Below are positions 19,596-28,571 of a stretch of DNA of 64,000 bases, one piece after another (position 1 is the first letter of the stretch; every line of letters starts with the position of its first letter). Both the position numbers and the translations under genes were made by a program. The notes under the pieces were generated by a model that did no database searches, was not told the DNA's origin, and worked only from the letters and a program-made list of their open reading frames with translations. The DNA comes from a virus. Lineage: Duplodnaviria > Caudoviricetes. The stretch lies in IMG/VR virus record IMGVR_UViG_3300042970_000025; one strand, given 5' to 3'.

Positions 19596-20072
19596 ATGAA
19601 AAAAATGAGACGATTTAAACAGCAGCTGGAAGACATTGACGCGAAAAACGTACTGAAAAACGGTCACAGAGGAACTTTGTCGCTGCTTGGGGATGAAGGA
19701 TATCCTTATGGAGTGCCGGTCAACTATGTCGTTGGGGATGACGGACATATCTACATTCATTGTGCAGGCGAGGGGCATAAGGTTGATGCTGCGAAAAACT
19801 ATGACAAAGTATCATTTACAGTTTTGGAAGATCAGCCACGCGAAGCTGGAGATTTCGGTTTATATGTAAAAAGTGTCATTGTCTTTGGCCGCATACATAT
19901 GTTGGAAGATCGCGAAAAAGTGCTGAAAAATGTGATGAGACTTGCGGAGCATATCTATCCGGATCATATTGAAGATTTCTACAAGGCGGATCTTGAAAGA
20001 AATCGGAAGAAGGTTCAGATGCTTGAAATCGTACCTGAGTATATTACTGGCAAGAAGATTCATGAACAATAA
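19596..20072 (+). CDS. Pyridoxamine 5'-phosphate oxidase-like (Nim-family) flavin-binding protein
   Basis: MRRFKQQL, GTLSL..DEGYPYGVPVNY, YIHCA.EGHK, SVIVFG, ITGK. Confidence 0.85.
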   Translation: MKKMRRFKQQLEDIDAKNVLKNGHRGTLSLLGDEGYPYGVPVNYVVGDDGHIYIHCAGEGHKVDAAKNYDKVSFTVLEDQPREAGDFGLYVKSVIVFGRIHMLEDREKVLKNVMRLAEHIYPDHIEDFYKADLERNRKKVQMLEIVPEYITGKKIHEQ

Positions 20073-20372
20073 CAGGCAATTTCGGCTTAACGAATACAAT
20101 TAAAAACTATTATGCTGATGAATTGCAGGGGGGTTGAGACGATGGGAAATCAGACAGTTTCCCGCAAACCTTACTCTCGAGACGATGGGAAAAATCTACG
20201 ATATGCATTATAATAAGAAGAAACGAGTCTTTTGACCAGTTCCCGAAAACGGTCAGACGTAAAAACACAGTAATTTAGACCCGATTTTTCCTTGGACTTG
20301 TTTCCTTGAACGGAGAGAGGACTTTTTCCCGTAAACGGGAACTTATCCGACATCCATTCTTAAAGCTCGGGC

Positions 20373-20411
20373 CACGTTGAGACGGTAGCGTTGATGTCGA
20401 AGAAAAAATAA
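20373..20411 (+). other. Orphan rlmD/rumA 3'-end copy, probable att junction
   Basis: cacgttgagacggtagcgttgatgtcgaagaaaaaataa = HVETVALMSKKK*; no upstream ORF; ~0.7 kb from serine recombinases. Confidence 0.7.
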
Positions 20412-20642
20412 GACGAGGCCGGAACCTGCTGAAATCAGCGGGGTCCGGGAATCGTGGAAAATTTCAGCGTCCCTGAAATCTGGCTGAAAAACAGCACATA
20501 GGGAAGTTATCCAAGGCGTTTTTTACAGGGTTGTGTGTCGCGATTAAATAATCGGGCAGGTTGCGGCTCGTGATTAGATGTAGGGTAGGGGTTGGATGTC
20601 AAAGCGATTCAACTTTAGCTAGATAAAGCTAAATCAGAATTT

Positions 20643-21077
20643 ATGGAGAGGAACATGGATTATATCAGAGACAGAAAAAGTAATATCCCCTTTAGTTTAC
20701 ATGACAGTCGGATAATACAGTTTGAAATTAATGAAACGACTTTAACTTTGAAGCTAGATCGGATATTTCAATATGCTGGCGATGAAGAAAAATGTTATCA
20801 GGGAATCATTGAGTTTACAAAGGCTGATATAGAAGAGTGCGACATCATGGTGTTTAAGAGGCCGTATGGATATGATGGGGAGAAATCGTTCAGCGGGGAA
20901 TCGATGTCTCTTGCTGAGTTTAACGCAAAATATCCTGATGCAGACTTTGAGATCGTTACGGAAGGGTACTCTGGATATGACACAACATTTCAGGGGTGGA
21001 TTTGGCAAGGAGAAGATGGTCCGATCTTTGGAATTATGCGTATATGGAATACGGGGGATATGATCTATCGGATTTAA
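20643..21077 (+). CDS. Hypothetical protein (144 aa), moron next to att
   Basis: Clean ORF opposite to phage genes, SLHDS motif, followed by shared terminator. Confidence 0.7.
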   Translation: MERNMDYIRDRKSNIPFSLHDSRIIQFEINETTLTLKLDRIFQYAGDEEKCYQGIIEFTKADIEECDIMVFKRPYGYDGEKSFSGESMSLAEFNAKYPDADFEIVTEGYSGYDTTFQGWIWQGEDGPIFGIMRIWNTGDMIYRI

Positions 21078-21101
21078 CAAAATCCAGCGTATTGATTAAA
21101 G

Positions 21102-21146
21102 AGAGCAGGCCGCTCTGGGAGAAAATCCCTTGAGCTGGCCTGCTCT
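21102..21146. terminator. Hairpin between convergent genes
   Basis: agagcaggcc...ggcctgctct inverted repeat. Confidence 0.65.
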
Positions 21147-22714
21147 TACTGGTTGATGTCGACCTCAAGCCCGGACTTGAATTCAATTACGGCTTTATCC
21201 TGATAGATGGTGATCTGCCGGATGAGCTTTCGCACCATGCGCTCGTCGAACTCGGCGATATCAGTCTGCTGATCTTTCAGGAAATCCTGCAGCTCGGTGA
21301 TTCTTTTCTGCAGGTCTTCCTGGCTCCTGGCTGAGGAATCGGCCTTTTCCTTTTCTTCCCGCAGTCGGAAGATCTCATCGGCGATGGCGTCGTAGTCTTC
21401 TTTACTGTTTGCTTTCCTGATGAGCTCCGTCTGCAGTTCATCGAGCCTTAACTGGATGCCCTCCGCGCTGGATGGATCGGATTCGCGGATGGCTTTCACC
21501 ATGTTTTCCTGGAGCTGATGCAGGAATTCGTCTTTTCCGGTAAGGAGCAGATTGAAGGCTCTTACGGTGATGTCCTTCAGCCATTCTTCCTTGATGGTGC
21601 GGTTTTTGCAGACTTTGACTACGGAAGATGGATCAAGCCGGCTGATGCAGCGCCAGACGATGGCGGTTTTGCCGTGGATGTACCAGTGGACTCTTCGGTA
21701 GAGATCGCCGCATTCTCCGCAGACGATGATCTGGGAAAAGCAGTTGTTTCCGGAGTAGACCCGCTTCTTGCCGGAAGGGGAGCGATGGACGTTTCGCCGT
21801 CGGACGAGCTCCTCCTGAACCTGCATGAAAAGCTCTTTAGGAATAATCGCTTCATGGTCGTCTTCGACGTAGTACTGAGGGAGAACGCCGTTGTTTTTGA
21901 CTCGCTTCTTGGTCAGGAAGTCCGTGGTTACCGTCTTTTGGAGGAGGGCATCTCCCATGTACTTTTCATTCCTTAGGATCTTGTTGATCGTGGAATCGTA
22001 CCATTTGGTATTGCCTGCTCCGGTGAGAACGCCATCCTGCTCCAGATGCTGCGCGATGGTTTTCATGGAGTAGCCTTCGAGGTACTCCCGGTAGATCCTG
22101 CGCACCACCTCGGCCTGCTTGGGATCAATGACGAGGTTTCCGTTTTCGTCTTTCGTATATCCTAGGAAGCGGTTGTGGTTGACCTGGACCTTTCCCTGCT
22201 GGTAGCGGTACTGGATGCCGAGCTTGACGTTTTGGGAGAGGGACTGGGATTCCTGCTGCGCAAGGCTTGCCATAATTGTGATCAGAACTTCTCCCTTGGC
22301 GTCCATCGTGTTGATGTTCTCCTTTTCAAACCAGACGGCGATGTTCTTTTCCTTCAGCTGCCGGATGTATTTCAGGCAGTCCAAGGTGTTACGGGCAAAT
22401 CGGCTGATGGATTTTGTTATGACCATGTCGATGTTTCCCGCCATGCATTCATCGATCATTTTATTGAACTGTTCCCGTTTCTTGGTGTTGGTTCCGCTGA
22501 TGCCGTCGTCGGCGAAGATGCCGGCAAGCTGCCAGTTTGGATGGCTGTTGATGTACTCCGTGTAGTGGGAGACCTGCGTTTCGTAGCTGGTTTCCTGTTC
22601 CTCGGTATCCGTGCTGACGCGGCAGTAGGCTGCAACACGCAGCTTTGGCTTTTCTGCCTGTTTGACGGTATTTCCTATCTTTCTTCTTGCAGGAATGATT
22701 GTAATATTTCCCAT
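21146..22714 (-). CDS. Large serine recombinase
   Basis: [17 protein letters not shown], recombinase domain, CGECG Zn ribbon. Confidence 0.95.
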   Translation of the reverse strand: MGNITIIPARRKIGNTVKQAEKPKLRVAAYCRVSTDTEEQETSYETQVSHYTEYINSHPNWQLAGIFADDGISGTNTKKREQFNKMIDECMAGNIDMVITKSISRFARNTLDCLKYIRQLKEKNIAVWFEKENINTMDAKGEVLITIMASLAQQESQSLSQNVKLGIQYRYQQGKVQVNHNRFLGYTKDENGNLVIDPKQAEVVRRIYREYLEGYSMKTIAQHLEQDGVLTGAGNTKWYDSTINKILRNEKYMGDALLQKTVTTDFLTKKRVKNNGVLPQYYVEDDHEAIIPKELFMQVQEELVRRRNVHRSPSGKKRVYSGNNCFSQIIVCGECGDLYRRVHWYIHGKTAIVWRCISRLDPSSVVKVCKNRTIKEEWLKDITVRAFNLLLTGKDEFLHQLQENMVKAIRESDPSSAEGIQLRLDELQTELIRKANSKEDYDAIADEIFRLREEKEKADSSARSQEDLQKRITELQDFLKDQQTDIAEFDERMVRKLIRQITIYQDKAVIEFKSGLEVDINQ

Positions 22715-22716
22715 CG

Positions 22717-23133
22717 TTATTCCTCACTTTCAATCAGACTGTACAAGTACTCTGCACGCTTCTTAGGATTTCCGGTCGTCTGCTCCGGAGCAGAGATGGT
22801 GAATTTCGTCGCTGCAGGCTTCTTTGCTTTGGGCTTCCTGCTTGGGTGCAGTCTTCCCGTTTTCTTGGCCCGCTGCATCCGTTCCTCGTGGATCCGGTCG
22901 AGTGTTTCTTTATCAGTAATGGCAGGGTAGAAGTCATCGCCCTGGTAGTGTCTGTTTTCAAGCAGCCGTTTGATCGAGGAGTGCGTAGCCTTGATTCCTG
23001 CGCTGGATGCTGCTTTTGACAAAGACATCCCGGCAAGGTAGTTCTTAAAAAGCTGTTGCAGTTTTTCTGCTTCCTCTTTGCAGACGACAGCTTTGCCGCC
23101 TTCGATCCGGTAGCCGTATAGTATGGTTCTCAT
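22717..23133 (-). CDS. Small recombinase-domain accessory protein
   Basis: [23 protein letters not shown]; lacks catalytic domain; between two LSRs. Confidence 0.8.
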   Translation of the reverse strand: MRTILYGYRIEGGKAVVCKEEAEKLQQLFKNYLAGMSLSKAASSAGIKATHSSIKRLLENRHYQGDDFYPAITDKETLDRIHEERMQRAKKTGRLHPSRKPKAKKPAATKFTISAPEQTTGNPKKRAEYLYSLIESEE

Positions 23134-23137
23134 AACC

Positions 23138-24691
23138 TCACATCCTTTCTTTAAGCTCTAGCCCGCACTTCAGACAGAAGGTGATCTCATGACGGGAATG
23201 CACCGTGATATGATCGACGAACTCATCAAACCGTTCGTCGTCAAACTCCTGAAGCATTTCACTTTTCTCGGTGAAGTGAAGAAGGGCTCTTGCCTTTAGC
23301 AGTACCTCTGTGACATCGGAGGCGGAGTTCTCCAGGAGGCCAATCTCCTTCTGGATGCCTTCTGAAGCCGCAAAAAGATCTGCAGTTTCTCTACTGTAGA
23401 GCGTCTGGTCGATGATTCCCTGCGTCATCAGGCGGGTTAAGGTCTGTCGCTTTCTGGCATTTTCCGAAAGCCGTTCCTTCAGAGCATCGATCTGGTCCAG
23501 CGTTTCTTTTTTTGCGTTATCCTTCAGGCTGTTTGCATAGGGCCTTAAGATCAGCCGGTGGGAGTAGATCAGTTTGTTCATCATGGTAAGAAACGAACGC
23601 TTCAGGTCCTCATCTTTGATGGACTGCATCGGGCATTTCGTTTTTCCCTGCAGATGTGTCTTGCACACCCAGATCACAGGACTTTCAGAAGAGGAGTAGG
23701 CGATACGCCGTTTAAACGTGCTCCCGCAGCATCCGCAGAGGATCCTTCCGGTAAAGGTGTAGCGGCTTAAGTATTTCTGGCTGTTCTTTTCGATATTCTT
23801 TTCCTGCGAACGCTGCTGGATTAGGCGCTGTACGTTCTCCCAGTCCTCACGGCTGATGATGGACTCGTGGTGGTCTTTCACGAGGACCGCATCTTTTTCA
23901 CCGCGGTTCATGTGACGCTTGAAGGAAGAGTCGGTCCAGGTCTTCTGGAAGATACAGTCTCCGGTGTACTTCTCATTGGTTAGCACGCAGTGGACAGTGG
24001 AGCGCCGCCAGGCACGTCCGTTTCTTGCCGGGATGCCTTTGCCGTTTAGAAGATCGGCGATTGTATCGCTTCCGGTTCCCTTGAGTGCTTCGTTAAAGAT
24101 GAATTGAACGACTTCAGCCTGTTTCCTGTTGACCACCATCTGTTCTCCGTTCCAGTCGTAGCCATAGGGTGGGTACACCACTTTGAAGGTTCCGTTTTCA
24201 AACCGCTTCCTGGCGCTCCATTTCATGTTCTGTGAAATGGAGTAGGATTCATCTGCAGCCATGCTGGAAAGAATGGAAAGAAAGAGCTCGCTTTCCATGG
24301 ATCCGGTGTTGATGTTCTCCTTTTCAAACCAGATCGGGATGTTCAGGTCTAAAAGCCTTCGCACGAGGCTCAGGCAGTCCGCAGTGTTTCTGGAAAAGCG
24401 GCTGATGGACTTCGTGATCACCAGATCGATTTTTCCGGCTTCGCAGTCCGAGATGAGATGTTCTAGCTCAGGCCGGGCGGCTTTTCCTGTTCCGCTGATG
24501 CCTTCGTCGTAGTAGATGCCGGCAAGCTGCCAGTCGTCTTTGGAACTGATGTAGCTTTCATAGTGAGATTTTTGCGTATTCAGGCTCTCAAGCTGTTCAT
24601 CGCTATCCGTACTGACACGGCAATAGGCTGCAACCCGCAGGATTTTCTTTCTTTTGCTTGTCGTTTTTTCTATCTTCGTTACTTTTTTCAA
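23138..24691 (-). CDS. Large serine recombinase
   Basis: [22 protein letters not shown]; TTG start after AAAGGAGG. Confidence 0.93.
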   Translation of the reverse strand: MKKVTKIEKTTSKRKKILRVAAYCRVSTDSDEQLESLNTQKSHYESYISSKDDWQLAGIYYDEGISGTGKAARPELEHLISDCEAGKIDLVITKSISRFSRNTADCLSLVRRLLDLNIPIWFEKENINTGSMESELFLSILSSMAADESYSISQNMKWSARKRFENGTFKVVYPPYGYDWNGEQMVVNRKQAEVVQFIFNEALKGTGSDTIADLLNGKGIPARNGRAWRRSTVHCVLTNEKYTGDCIFQKTWTDSSFKRHMNRGEKDAVLVKDHHESIISREDWENVQRLIQQRSQEKNIEKNSQKYLSRYTFTGRILCGCCGSTFKRRIAYSSSESPVIWVCKTHLQGKTKCPMQSIKDEDLKRSFLTMMNKLIYSHRLILRPYANSLKDNAKKETLDQIDALKERLSENARKRQTLTRLMTQGIIDQTLYSRETADLFAASEGIQKEIGLLENSASDVTEVLLKARALLHFTEKSEMLQEFDDERFDEFVDHITVHSRHEITFCLKCGLELKERM

Positions 24692-24716
24692 GGTCAAATG
24701 TCCTCCTTTCCCGTGT

Positions 24717-24938
24717 CTATACATCACTCTGATTGCCGCACATAGCAAGAGAATGAGGGAAGATTTCCCAAAACAGGGGAGAGAAAGTTTTGCGATTGAT
24801 GTCCATAAATTTGTCATATTCGCCGGGACTTAACAGGCTGCAATGAAGCATCTGATCTGCGATTGCTTTGGCTCTCTCATAGTTGAGATCATTCTGGATC
24901 CGCTCATTTGTGTAGAAGTTGTCATTGTCTTTGCTCAT
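24717..24938 (-). CDS. SHOCT-like small protein, possible directionality factor
   Basis: 73 aa, typical position upstream of the recombinase trio. Confidence 0.6.
   Translation of the reverse strand: MSKDNDNFYTNERIQNDLNYERAKAIADQMLHCSLLSPGEYDKFMDINRKTFSPLFWEIFPHSLAMCGNQSDV
24718..24749 (-). promoter_or_regulatory. Repeat promoter motif CTTGMTA-N12-AGAGYGA, copy 1
   Basis: Matches copies at 44181, 44771, 45942. Confidence 0.65.
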
Positions 24939-24954
24939 GGATCGTTTTCCTCCT

Positions 24955-24987
24955 ACCTTCTACTGGAGAAAAAGAAGCATTTTGAGC
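24955..24987 (-). promoter_or_regulatory. Repeat motif GCTCAAAA-N9-TTCTCCAGTRG, copy A
   Basis: Same boxes and spacing at 54496-54527 and 58841-58873. Confidence 0.7.
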
Positions 24988-25045
24988 AAAAAAATCACGG
25001 CTAAAAGGAGTTTTCCTTCTAGCCGTATCAAGAAGTCATATTCAG

Positions 25046-25912
25046 TTAGAGCAGAGCCTTGATTTTGGCTATGGTCTTTGGGCCCGCAATTCCGTCAATT
25101 GCAAGTCCATGTTTCTGCTGGAAGATCCTCACTGCCTTTTCGGTAGCAGGGCCAAATAGACCATCGACATCAAATCCTGCCTTCATGATTTTGTTTAGGC
25201 ACTCCTGGAGCCGGATGACCTGAGAACCGCTGTCGCCTCGTTTCAGGTCGGTGGCAGGAAGGCTCATTTTACTAGCAGAAGTACTGCCTTTGTGATAGCC
25301 GTTGAATCCTCCTTTTTTGATGATGGAAGGATAGTCGATGTAGGCATAGTTCATATCCACGTTTCCACTAATCCCTGGGACCTTCCCAGAGGAGGAGTAT
25401 TGCCAGATGCCGTAATCCCCGCGGTAGCTGCATTTACCTGCGTACTGCGCTACCCAGTGGGCGATGGAATGGAGCTTCGCATCGTCCAGGCGATCCTGAA
25501 AACCGGAGTAGGTTGAAGCGTAGATTCCGGCATAGTAGCCTGCTTTTTCTAGCTCCTTGCAGAAAGCCAGGGCGGCCTTTGTGGTGCCGGAACGTTTTGC
25601 TGCCGGCTGCGCTTCACAGTCAAAGTAAACCGGATACTCCAGCTTTTTTCCTTTTAGAAGCCTGATGAACCTCTTCGCGTCAGCTCTTCCAGCTTCCGCT
25701 GTCACGCACTTCGGGCCGGCAAAGTAGTACGCACCGACTGCAATGCCGTTTGCCTTCGCTCCTTTGTAGTTGGCTTCCCATTTGCTGTCCGTATAGAAGC
25801 CGTCATCGGAGCCTCCAGCTTTGATGATCGCGAATCTGATACCAGAAGTCTTTACCTTTGCCCAGTTGATGTTTCCCTGCCAGTGGCTTACGTCTATGCC
25901 TTTACCTGTCAT
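25046..25912 (-). CDS. Endolysin, GH25 muramidase with peptidoglycan-binding domain
   Basis: GIDVSHWQG, YFDCE, WQYSSSG, DGLFGPAT/DGIAGPKT. Confidence 0.93.
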   Translation of the reverse strand: MTGKGIDVSHWQGNINWAKVKTSGIRFAIIKAGGSDDGFYTDSKWEANYKGAKANGIAVGAYYFAGPKCVTAEAGRADAKRFIRLLKGKKLEYPVYFDCEAQPAAKRSGTTKAALAFCKELEKAGYYAGIYASTYSGFQDRLDDAKLHSIAHWVAQYAGKCSYRGDYGIWQYSSSGKVPGISGNVDMNYAYIDYPSIIKKGGFNGYHKGSTSASKMSLPATDLKRGDSGSQVIRLQECLNKIMKAGFDVDGLFGPATEKAVRIFQQKHGLAIDGIAGPKTIAKIKALL

Positions 25913-26326
25913 TTAATTTTCCTCCTTTTCTGCCCGGTCATGAAGCTGCTCGAGCACAGCTTTCAGTTTCACTGGAATCGGAAGGCCCAGATGCCCGGCG
26001 TTTTCCAGTAAAGATACTCCTTCATTTGAGATGTAGAAGAAGATCACTGCAGTTCGTACAACGGAACCGGATTTTACGACGTAGATGTCGATCAGATTCG
26101 CAAGACCGACAAGTAAAAAAATGAGGACCTTCCTGCAGATCCCCTTAAACCCGACAGCAGATGATAACCGCTTGGCCGAAATGGCGCACATGACGCCTGT
26201 GATGTAATCGATGATGACGCATGCGGCGAGAAGAAAAATCAGCCCGTCGCAGCCACCGAGATAATACCCGATCCACCCGCCGAGTACGGCAAGAACTGCC
26301 TGATTAACTGCCCAGAATTCTTTCAT
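25913..26326 (-). CDS. Phage holin
   Basis: IDYITGV, NEGVSLLEN...GLPIP. Confidence 0.9.
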   Translation of the reverse strand: MKEFWAVNQAVLAVLGGWIGYYLGGCDGLIFLLAACVIIDYITGVMCAISAKRLSSAVGFKGICRKVLIFLLVGLANLIDIYVVKSGSVVRTAVIFFYISNEGVSLLENAGHLGLPIPVKLKAVLEQLHDRAEKEEN

Positions 26327-26342
26327 AGGTTGCTCCTTTCTG

Positions 26343-28568
26343 TTAAGCCGTCCGTTTCCAGACATTTACAACGAGATACGGCGGCATATTGTTGTGCGCC
26401 GCTCCGCCTCCCGCATATCCCGTGGTAAAGGAATGCGTATGGGAACCTCCGCTTACGGTACTGCTTCCGTGAGAATAGTTCTCCGAGTCTTTGGACCTTG
26501 GAAGTTTGTATCCCGATCCGGAAATATTTCCGGAATATGTATCTGCGCCGGTGTCACCATCTGTGGTCAGATGCACATATTTACCTGACCCGTAGCTGTG
26601 ACTGTGAGAACCTCCGCTGTCTGTAGTTCCAGTGTGCTGATGTGACGGCATCTCAGAAGCAGTAAGTGTATGTGCAGCTTCCCCTCCGGTATCTCCTGCT
26701 GTATATCCGTTTCCGGATGCCAGCAGGAACTGTCCGCTGACTGGTTCCCAGGTGCCTCCAAAAAGTGAAGCAGGAGAAACAGAATTAACCGACAGGTAAA
26801 TTGAGCCTACCGGATAGATCAGATCAACAAGCTCTTTTCCTCTGTAGGATAGCTTGCCGTTGAACCTGGCATCATACTGGCACTCAAATCCGTCGCCCTC
26901 TGAGATTTTCCCAATGGCCATGCCTTTTCCGCCTGCGTGAAAGTCCATAATGACTTCCGCCGTCTGCACGATAACCGAAGAGGAGAGTGTCGTGAAATCA
27001 TCGGTAACCGACAGCGTAAGTTTGTACCTGTTTGTCGAGGAGAAGACTTCGTAGCCACTGTTTCCTCTGATATCGAGTATTCCGGAGGCATGGTAGGAAG
27101 TCAGCGTCAGATTGATCGTTCCATTGGACGAGTCCGTCAGGTTCGTCCAGGTAAGAGTAGCTGCTTTTGTATTCTTATCATTCAGGGAGCTTATCGTGAT
27201 ATCGTAGGTTATCCGAAGAACCGTTCCTGCATCGTCTATGGCAAGTGATCCATCGGACTGCACAGACATTCTGATTGCGGTAAAAGTTCGGATCACAGGA
27301 TTGTTGTAAGGAAGAACGGTGACTGTCTTTTCTGCCAGCTTTGATGTTCTTCCTCTTGCATCCGTAACTGAAGCAGTAAAACTGCTGTCGCTCTCTTTGA
27401 TCACTTGATCGGAAGTAATCACTGAACTTGAGGAGGTTACTTCTGCTTCATCGGAAAAGCTTCCGGTATAGGTCTTAATCGGAGAGCTGTAACTTGCTGT
27501 TCCTGTGACTGTTATCTCTGGGATAGACTTTTCTGAGACAAATGCGCCGTAGTGCTGAAGAAGTGTCTCTGTGCCGTCTTTGCTGCAAGTCACGATATCA
27601 GAAACCGCTGTGATCTCTGCCTTTGGAATGACCGATGCAGGAACGATCAATGTGATTGCCGCGCGGTCTGTGGCAAGTACAGTATCCTCAAAACAGGTAT
27701 CCAGGCGAATTGTGCAGGACGCAGACTCCGCTTCGGTGATATGGTCAAGCAGGCTGAGAGGCGGCGTGAATGTTGTGCTTCCTACTACAGATGGATCGGA
27801 GATTCCGTCTGTTCCTGTCACATCGTTTACCGTATACGACAGGTGGTGCGTATATCCGGGATGGTTTCCCTGCGTATAGATTTCTGCTGAGCTTGACCCA
27901 TCGATCATGCAGGAGGAGTCCGGAAGATACAGCGTGCTTGTCCCCGGCCGGTAAAGTGCCAGGCTGCAGGTGTTGCTCCCAAGGGATGTATTTCCGTTAT
28001 ATGTGGTGCAGGTGATCGTGCACTTCCCGGAAGATCCTGCGGTGCACCAGGAGAATGGAATCATCCAGTTCACCGAAGCTTGCGCCGTTTGGGCTGCGAT
28101 CGTTGTACTTTTTCCATTCCAGGAAGCCGTCAGTGTATGGGTAAAGGATGAGGACTTCCGGTTCGTGTTGATGGTGATGGCAGACCCTAGTGTTCCTGAA
28201 GATGGGCATGTCGGAGCGGATTTTCTAGCGATCGTGGTGAGTGTTTTTGTTAAAGAATCTTTTACGGTTCCTGAGCTCGTGCTGGTTGCGTATGATGCAG
28301 AGACGGTCAGTTTCTTTGACCCGTCAGAGTTATGCTCGATATCCAGTGTTTTGCTGTAGATGGTATTGCTTCCGCTGGTCGTGTTGTTTGGATTTAAGCT
28401 GACAGATTTGGTATATTTGTCTCCGTCAATCACGACGGTGAGTTTCGGCGGGTTATGATCAAAAGTTCCGGAGGTCCATTTTGCCGTGACTTTGACCGTG
28501 ACGTTTGAGCTGTTCGAAGAGACCGAAGTACTGTTTTCGGTAATTCCAATGGTAATCGATGCTGGCAT
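26343..28568 (-). CDS. Tail fibre/minor structural protein (DUF859-like N-terminus, gp10-like C-terminus)
   Basis: Ser/Thr-rich beta regions; YPVGSIYLS, HTL..EMPSH.H, HNNMPPY..V..W.R. Confidence 0.8.
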   Translation of the reverse strand: MPASITIGITENSTSVSSNSSNVTVKVTAKWTSGTFDHNPPKLTVVIDGDKYTKSVSLNPNNTTSGSNTIYSKTLDIEHNSDGSKKLTVSASYATSTSSGTVKDSLTKTLTTIARKSAPTCPSSGTLGSAITINTNRKSSSFTHTLTASWNGKSTTIAAQTAQASVNWMIPFSWCTAGSSGKCTITCTTYNGNTSLGSNTCSLALYRPGTSTLYLPDSSCMIDGSSSAEIYTQGNHPGYTHHLSYTVNDVTGTDGISDPSVVGSTTFTPPLSLLDHITEAESASCTIRLDTCFEDTVLATDRAAITLIVPASVIPKAEITAVSDIVTCSKDGTETLLQHYGAFVSEKSIPEITVTGTASYSSPIKTYTGSFSDEAEVTSSSSVITSDQVIKESDSSFTASVTDARGRTSKLAEKTVTVLPYNNPVIRTFTAIRMSVQSDGSLAIDDAGTVLRITYDITISSLNDKNTKAATLTWTNLTDSSNGTINLTLTSYHASGILDIRGNSGYEVFSSTNRYKLTLSVTDDFTTLSSSVIVQTAEVIMDFHAGGKGMAIGKISEGDGFECQYDARFNGKLSYRGKELVDLIYPVGSIYLSVNSVSPASLFGGTWEPVSGQFLLASGNGYTAGDTGGEAAHTLTASEMPSHQHTGTTDSGGSHSHSYGSGKYVHLTTDGDTGADTYSGNISGSGYKLPRSKDSENYSHGSSTVSGGSHTHSFTTGYAGGGAAHNNMPPYLVVNVWKRTA

Positions 28569-28571
28569 AAG

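Larger units (their letters stand above)
1..20372. mobile_element. Element 1: phage-related integrative element (partial), replication module on minus strand plus defence cargo on plus strand
   Basis: Phage-type replication genes 1-4539, defence genes 4941-18925, ends at an rlmD-3'-end-like att remnant at 20373; left end outside window. Confidence 0.7.

Noticed and set aside
19596-20072. Calling this a nim metronidazole-resistance gene
   Set aside because: Family fold only; many such proteins are not resistance determinants.
26343-28568. Diversity-generating retroelement or invertible tail-fibre locus
   Set aside because: No reverse transcriptase, duplicated template repeat or inverted fibre cassette seen.
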